Source: Tetramitus jugosus (taxonomy: Eukaryota > Protista > Heterolobosea). From it: DNA of 64,000 nucleotides. Shown here piece by piece: positions 56,901 through 64,000 of the stretch (positions are counted from its first letter, which is position 1; every line of letters starts with the position of its first letter). The stretch covers positions 124,001 to 188,000 of the forward strand of contig OW569354.1 in the NCBI GenBank assembly GCA_937625935.1. Direction: 5' to 3'. Below the pieces are notes generated by a model. That model was not told the origin of the DNA. It saw only the letters and a list, made by a program, of their open reading frames with translations, and made no database searches. The position numbers and the translations under genes were made by a program.

Positions 56901-58110
56901 TGGTGACATCTGGTCTATTAATGAATTTGAAGGAAGAATAAACACGAGATCTCGAACATCGTATTCTCCCTTATCTTCCTTGTCACCACTCTGTCCCAAT
57001 AAATATTGATACTTACGGCGACTGGTGTATGTGCGAATGTTATGACCGAGTATCTGCAATGGAACTGGATGACTCCAACTATGTTTGTTAAATATATTAA
57101 TGTTTCGCAACTGTGACGCGATGAATTGTGTAATCAATGCATCTGGTGGTAATCTGCCATTGCGTAATGCCTTCTTCAAATTTACAACTAATTCATTATT
57201 GTCTGAATCATCCTGTATGTCATATATGTGCTGTACGATTTGGATAATCTGGACAAACTACATTGAATAATTCTTCTTCGTCATCTAGATCACTCTGAAA
57301 ACTAAATTTCGGTGACTCATCGCCGGTCTTATGTCTACTTATTACTGTGCTTTGAATTGTATCTGTAATAACTTTCGATTCACTATGAACTATGATAACA
57401 AAGCTTCTGTTTGAGCCCTTCTTCTCAACATGCAAACACGGCTTCAGTATAACGCTCTTGTTGATATTGTTGATTGGTTTGCGACTAGTGACTTGCTCCT
57501 GCAGTACGTTCGATACAAATTGAGGTACTCCCATAAAGCCAGTACTCGCTGCGAGATGCTGAATCGCATTGACATGATGCTGTGCGAATGCCTGCTTCTT
57601 GGCAATCAAGTCATTCACTGTTAGATAGAGAATAGAATCTTTCGTTGTGCTCTGCTCGCGAGTAAATATATTGTTTGCGTTCGTTTTGTCGGAGATGAAA
57701 TTTTGTAATTTGGTCACGATCCCAGTGTCAAACAGATCCAGTGGTATTGGATAAGCAAACGATGGAATCTCATATCCTGCCATCACTTGATACGATAGAT
57801 AGTGATGTATATGGTACTGTGATACTCCAGAAACTAGTTCCAGCTCATTGTCAATCGAATTGAAATCATAGCGATGAGTCTCGAACAATTTCATTATCTT
57901 CTTGTGCATTGTGGAGTCAACAAATCCTTTGTATTGTAGAGCATAACTACCCTTGCTAGCTTTTGCTCTTCTGAAATAATCATTCATCAGTGCGTCATTG
58001 TTTGTTGTTTTCGCACGAATTTGTTCCAGAATAATGTCCCGAAATTGATTGAACCACTTTGACAGAGAACTTTCTTCACAGTGGTTATACCACAACACAA
58101 TCACAGACAA
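53901..58110 (-). mobile_element. P-element/THAP9-like DDE transposase fused to DEDDh exonuclease and PHD finger; upstream ORF 57220-58110 possibly joined by intron 57213-57261
   Basis: IMIDG, AADGA, CVCHLCK (C/DxxH), DKQS, TNMLEGLFGEFR; exonuclease YCDFEW..IHGIT..SHDYRLL..TD..HQATAD; PHD CMRC..LLMCEGDDC..C..YYCIRC. Confidence 0.7.
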
Positions 58111-58238
58111 TAATGATCCTTGCCTCTAGAGATGTTCTCCCTAGGAGAGTTTGAATGGTTCTGTTCCTAGGTTGTGGAGTTCTATGTCAAACAGATGGAA
58201 TTCTATAGAAAAAATGTGGCGAGTGAACGATCACAGGG

Positions 58239-58913
58239 ATGGGAGGACCTGGGCTGCATGAGGATCTGAAAGAGATGGCAATACAATTCGCCAAGACCAA
58301 TATGAAAGAAGACAAAAGAGAATGGCAAGAACTTTTGACACCCAAACAAAAATCCGAGTTGACTACTGAAGAGTTTATTTATTTTATGGCCGTTCCACTT
58401 GAACACACACCGGAACAAGCCCTTCAGCACATAAACAAATATGTTGACAAAGCGACACTTGACTGGATTGAAGAACAAGAACAGTCCTATACCGAAGGTA
58501 CAATCCATTTTGTGGACCCGGTGTTGAGCAAGAAGCGTTTTATTGTGAGTGATCGACTCAAGAACAGCTATGAGAAATTAATCACGAGAGTCAAAGATAT
58601 TGATAAAACCTGGTATTACTTGATGGGAATCGAACCATACACTACTAATAGTTGCATGTATGGTTATGACCACAGGACTCTTTCTGACTTTGCAGGAAAG
58701 ATCAATGATTTAGTGGAGGAGCCCTTCGAGTGTGCCGTCAGGGAAGTGAGAGAAGAGAGTTATCTGGATATTTCCTCACTGATTGACCTAACTCTCTATG
58801 TGAATATAGATGGTACCAAGGGCAGAAATGTTAAGAGTCGTACTCGAATGTACATTATTGCTTTGGGTTCAAGTCAAAACGTTCGTTTTCTCGATCCTCG
58901 AGAGAACCGGTGA
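58239..58913 (+). CDS. Nudix hydrolase-like protein
   Basis: Nudix box-like GKINDLVEEPFECAVREVREESYL preceded by GIEPYT...LSDFAG. Confidence 0.7.
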   Translation: MGGPGLHEDLKEMAIQFAKTNMKEDKREWQELLTPKQKSELTTEEFIYFMAVPLEHTPEQALQHINKYVDKATLDWIEEQEQSYTEGTIHFVDPVLSKKRFIVSDRLKNSYEKLITRVKDIDKTWYYLMGIEPYTTNSCMYGYDHRTLSDFAGKINDLVEEPFECAVREVREESYLDISSLIDLTLYVNIDGTKGRNVKSRTRMYIIALGSSQNVRFLDPRENR

Positions 58914-59155
58914 GCCAATAAATGTAAATTGTAACTTCTTATTGAACTCTTGTTCGCAATTAACTTAATGTTGCTTAATGCCCGGTAAGTGACCTCATAG
59001 TTGAACACTTGTCCTCCAACGTTCGAAATTCCCTTCTATTTTCCGACTTGACGAACAAAAAAATCAAGCCAGAGAACCCAAAAAAACAAAGCAACAACAG
59101 ACGACACGACGAACAAAAAAGAAAATTCTCTACAAGTCATCGACATTCATACACT

Positions 59156-59581
59156 ATGCCATTTCTCGATCGTACCACAGAACTAACATCCATCATTGAG
59201 TCCAGACTCTCCTCGGCTAAATCCAATCAACAACAACAAAAGAAAAAACAACAACAAAAATCAAATAACAATCAATTACAGACAAAGTTTTATGAGAGAG
59301 CATCAACAGTGTCCAATGAACTCCAAACAACAGCCGATACACTTCAACAATTGACTAAACGTATGTTCATATCATTTTTCTGTGTATCATCATCATCACA
59401 TTACACAATTTTTTGACAATACTAACGACATTATTCATGTTTTTTGTTTGGTTTCAGTGGTCAAGAAGAAGACGCCCTTTGATGACAATGTCGTCCAAAT
59501 TCAATCTCTCACAGCATCAGTCAAGGAACAATTGGCTCGTCACGATTATTTTTTGCGCGAAATGAATGAATTGATTCAACA

Positions 59582-59612
<31 letters not shown>

Positions 59613-60239
59613 AAGGGTGATCAAAAAACAGAACATTCCAATCATATTGTCACTGGACTCAATTCTAGACTCATGTACGCCACACAACAATTTCAAAACG
59701 TGCTTCAAACAAGAACGAAACAAATTAAGCAACAACAAGAGCGAAGAAATATTTTCACTAGCAACAGCAGCCGAAGTCAATTCAATAAGCCATTGTATCA
59801 ACAGCCACAACAACAGCAACTGCAGCAACAACCTTCTCATTTCGTCGACAATAACAACAACAATGAAGTGACAGTGCACATTAGTGGACCTAATCAACAA
59901 CAACAACAACAACAACAATTGGCAGTGCAAGAAACAGTGATACAAGTCCAGAGAAATGATCAACATTTGAGGATGAGATCAGATGAAATTAAATCCATTG
60001 AGAAGGACATGAGACAATTGAGTGACATGTTTGTGGAGTTGGGTCAAATGGTCAAAATGCAAGGGGAATTGGCCATTCGTATCGATGACAAGGTCAGTGA
60101 AGCTGTGTTCCACATAGAAGAAGGTCAGAGTGAATTGGCAAAGTACTTCAAACGTGTTTCATCCAATCGGGGACTCGTACTCAAAATGTTCCTCGTTATG
60201 GTTGTGTTCATCATCTTTATCGGCGTATTCGTCGTATAA
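59156..60239 (+). CDS. STX5: Syntaxin 5 (Sed5); 2 exons (intron 59361-59457)
   Basis: DRTTEL N-peptide, KKTPFDD, FQNVLQTRT, SNARE IKSIEKDMRQLSDMF..VKMQGE..IRIDD, SSNRGL plus C-terminal TM. Confidence 0.92.
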
Positions 60240-60346
60240 ACAACACATGCTTAATACTTTCATTATTATTGTCGTTTATTTCATTATAAGTTAAGGTGGT
60301 CATAAGGTAGTTTTGATCCGAACCATTCATAACAATTTGACACTCA

Positions 60347-61757
60347 TTAGAGCTTCAATAGAGGAGAACCGTGAGTGTTGATGGTTATTAGCACATATGG
60401 ATGGAACTCCATGTTTCCGAATTGAGCACCCAAGCCTCCGAGTTCAGACTCATCGACCTTATCGAATGACTCCTCTTGCAAATGTCCATAATTGTCCTTG
60501 AAGTACTTGTGGATCTTCTTGTCATTCTTATTGACCTTCAACAATACAGAGCAGAAACGAGGTGGCAAACCATATCTCAAGACAGTTTCAACAAAAGTTC
60601 TCACAGCCTTCAAGTGAATCCAAGAGGAGAAGCACTCACTGAATCCCATCTTGCACCAGTCAAACAACTCTCTCTTCAGGGAGTCTCTCTTGTGCTCCAT
60701 CTCGCCCTTTTCCAACTGAGAAAGCTTGTACTTTTCCTCATCGAAATCGAATTGACGGACGACCCACTTGCGCTTGGAGCATGCATTCTTGAAGTCACCA
60801 GCAATCTTACGCAAAACAACAACACTAAACAATCCATATTCATTATCTTCGACAATCAAGCTATTTTGGAAGAACATTGCATAAAAAGCACACAATGGTT
60901 AGTTCCGCTCAAGATAATCAAAGTGCGAAGTGAAGTGCACAGACACAACAAATTTGTTAGACATACTCTGATGATCCTGGAACAACGCCAGATTCCAATT
61001 CTTCCAAATCGTCATAACCCATTTCCCACTCCTTAAATTGTCCTCTTGGTACAGCAACAAACAATGTTTGCAAATATTCTGACTCGACAATGTGTTCAGC
61101 TCTAACAATACCGTCCAATGACTTGATGGACAAATTACCACTGTTTTGATTTTCACATTTTCACACACAAAAGGTTAATAATCACGTAATGTTTGCATTT
61201 TGTTGTTGTTGTTGCCAAATGAAAACAACAGACAAAAAAAAAACAAAAAACACACAGAGAAAAAAGTTTCCACACACGTACGATGTCTTTCTTTCAATTT
61301 GTTGAATGTTGGTCTTTAGGGTAGTGTACTCTGCCAACTTGACCTTCAACTCATCATCAATCTTCATTGCCTTCTTGTAGATATTGTCAGTAATTTCAGT
61401 CAAGCTCTTGTTCAACAAGTATTGATTCTCATCCCATTGGAAATAGTTGAGGTACATGGAGGTAGGAACAGCGCTCTCATCAAGCAAAATCACCTCTGGA
61501 ACAAACTCTTGTTCATCAATCTCACCAACATCAGACAAAGTTCTCAACATTTTCATAGTAATGCTCTCTACTGTGTTGTCGTATTTGATCAAGTCATCAC
61601 TCAATGTCATCAATTGATCCAAAGTGCCAGTCTTTAGCTTTGGAATTTTAAATTCAAAGCATTCGCATAGCTTTTGTTCAGTTTGCAATTTTTGTTTGAT
61701 ATTTTTGAATGTCTTTGACTTGTTTTCTTCGTATGGCACACTCACTATCCAGTACAT
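60347..61757 (-). CDS. VMA5: V-ATPase V1 subunit C; 3 exons (introns 61141-61281, 60861-60966)
   Basis: FKIPKLKTGTLDQL, FQWDENQY, spliced GNLSIKSL, ESEYLQTL.V.VP, VVPGSS, WIHLKAVRTFVETVLRYGLP. Confidence 0.95.
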
Positions 61758-62112
61758 TTTGCTGATGATTTGTTATATTTACGTGTGTGTATCGACAAGT
61801 TGATTTTTTGTGTGGCGAGCTTTTGTGTATGTCGGCGTTTCTTCACGTTTACAAAAAAATCAGCAAATTGGATATCTGGCTCAGACGTGAATTTCTCAAT
61901 AGCATAATTTATGGCATAATGGGCGAGATACACATCTGACCGACACCAGGTCGAGAATTTTTCTGTATTGAAGGGACTCGTTCATCTCTTGTGGCCCTAA
62001 CTCGGGAACAACTGCGGTTGTGGACTTTCTGCCACCTTCATCGGAATTATGATCAGGGTCCAGAAACATCTGGAAGTAAAAATCAAGGCAAACACAACTT
62101 CACAAAAAACAA

Positions 62113-64000
62113 ATGAACGATCACGACAGCGACAACGACGACATGATGATTGAGGAGGACATTGACAATAATGACATTGATCCCTCAACAATGTATCAGG
62201 TCATCCCACAAGAGATTCAATTCATCATCTTCACCTATCTGCCCGCATTGCCATAGTATGTACTTTTTTGTATGCAAAATCTCTGTGAAGAGATGATCAC
62301 TGACTCTTGACTCACACATATCTTTATCCTCAACCACTGTAGCTACTTTTCTCTCAAGTCACTCAACAAGTACTTTGCCTCTCAGTTCTCCAGTGATGAG
62401 ATGACATGGTCAGAAATCAATTGCCTCAATCTGTCTCCCTATAATCGATATGAAAAATACATTTTTCAGTCACCAGCCAGAAGAATCATTGACTCTCACT
62501 TTGTTGACAAGTGCAAACCTGAAATGATTCAAAAGCTTGTCTTGTCTAGTTTATACAGGCCATACGCTTCACATCTAATCAAGATGCTTCCCAATCTCAA
62601 AGAACTGACATATCCGTCTGATTTCTTGCCACAGGTTCAATGGAGATATCGTCTTCCAGTGTTGGACTCCACCTTTTCATCAGAGTTAAAATTAATGGGG
62701 TCCGTTTATTCTCATGATCAAATCGAAACGTTGAATGTGTTTTTGCAAGTGCCCGTCGGTTTGAGAAGATGTCAAATGCGATCGAGAGATGCAATGTATG
62801 GAGCTGTGCGTCCTGATGATGGTGATAATGATAACGAAGAGAACAATGACAATAAGAAGAGCAAAGAAGATGAAGAAGCACAGCGATGCGAGAGACTCAA
62901 GTTGATAAGTACAATAGTGGATGCGTTGAGATCTTTTCCAAAATTGAAGCGATTAAACGTGTACAATACGACTGTCAGTGATGCAGATGTTGCAAAGTCA
63001 TTGAGACAAGTTCAGTATTGGATGAGAAAAAAAAATGAAATTCTTGACAAGATACAGTCACAGGAATTTACAGAAGCGAGACGCTTGGTAGGAACTGTTG
63101 CAGATTACAATCGATTGTGCTTGCATCCAACTGCCATGAGTGAGGATTTTGAACTCAATGTATACTCTTGTCTACGTCAACAAAACAAGACTCTGGCTTT
63201 TGATGACTTGATTCGATGTGGTTTGTCACCAAGCACTTTTGTACAAAACAATCAGAGAAGCTACTTGTTCATGCTGTTGCACTATGGTAACTGGGCAAGA
63301 AGAAAGGCACCGTTGGAAGAGTTGTACAAGAAACATCCCACTGAATTCTTCTCTTGGTTCCGACCATCGGATTGGAGTCTCCTTCTATCGGGAGAGACAT
63401 GTGAAGCCACGAATTTTATCTCCTTCTTCCTTCCAAAATTTACCAAGAGTGAATTCATGCATGTTGTTTCACCTCTCATTTTGTCAGATGTTGGAGACAA
63501 TGCCTATGTAGTGATACAAAAGTTTCCAGAGTATGGATTCGACTTCAAATCTGTTCCCAACTTGCTCAAGACTGTCGAAAAGGCTCCTAGGTTGTATCAA
63601 TACTTTTGTGAACAGGGTTGCTCATTGCAAGAAGAGGCAATTGTCCCTCAGGACTACCTCAAACAATTAGTGCAGCCATGTGTTCTCCATAAGGTGTTGG
63701 AGGAGAGCGTGTCAAACGGGATCGATCTTGCCAATTCCAAAGAGTTCAAGGATCACATCTTCAATACTATTAGTGTAGGTGATGAGCAGTTTGCGCTCAT
63801 GGCTTTGGACAAAATTGGAGTTGAGAGTGTACAAACTCATCGAGATAACCACGGTGATACGTACTTGCACGCAGCATTGGCATGGACTCGCTTAGAACTA
63901 GCAAGATCCATTATTCGCAGATATGGAATTAAGGATATCAATATGATGAATAATAGCAACGAGACTGTTCTGCACATTGCCTGCAGATCCATGAAATGTC
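62113..64000 (+). CDS. F-box + LRR-like + ankyrin-repeat protein, 3'-partial (intron 62256-62342)
   Basis: F-box IPQEIQFIIFTYLP; frame runs to the window end; LPNLKEL and FPKLKRLNV; ankyrin DNHGDTYLHAA and NNSNETVLHIAC. Confidence 0.75.

Noticed and set aside
53400-59010. Terminal inverted repeats/TSD for the transposase island (CAAAGAGGTC ~53652 vs GACCTCATAG ~58991; hairpin GTGCAGG-TCT-CCTGCAC ~53452)
   Set aside because: Only an 8/10 match with no flanking duplication, and the hairpin lacks a Helitron CTRR end. Element boundaries remain undefined.
1-64000. CRISPR arrays, prokaryotic operons, and CAA/AAT/GAT repeats as separate elements
   Set aside because: The DNA is eukaryotic and intron-containing with no repeat-spacer array. 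The triplet runs simply encode poly-Q/N/T/D tracts.

Overview
This is a gene-dense, AT-rich eukaryotic nuclear window with short GT-AG introns (mostly 50-140 nt) and many poly-Q/N/T tracts. The style and gene set suggest a Naegleria-like heterolobosean or similar protist, which is an inference only. Most of the ~30 genes are housekeeping: a fidgetin/spastin-like AAA ATPase, MetH, CFIm25, ZNF598, RPA43, Kae1, DPCD, Raptor, Ssf1/PPAN, TMEM181, TFIIE-alpha, PRP40, PLAA, syntaxin 5 and V-ATPase C, plus one 5S rRNA and one tRNA-Phe gene. Highlights: (1) a spliced gene at 43166-46350 encoding an 8-TM microbial rhodopsin fused to a hybrid histidine kinase with two receiver domains, recognisable as a complete opsin only after joining exons; (2) a 5'-truncated L1-like retrotransposon with poly(A) tail and 15-bp TSD, inserted ~40-55 bp upstream of tRNA-Phe, head-to-head, like Dictyostelium TRE5; (3) a ~5-kb accessory island with a P-element-like transposase fused to a DEDDh exonuclease and a PHD finger, a divergent Nudix gene and a tRNA-like remnant; (4) an ATP synthase subunit e-like gene missed by the ORF track, whose long intron folds back on itself; (5) a doubly frameshifted flavin monooxygenase. 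All family assignments rest on motifs recognised by eye, not on database searches.
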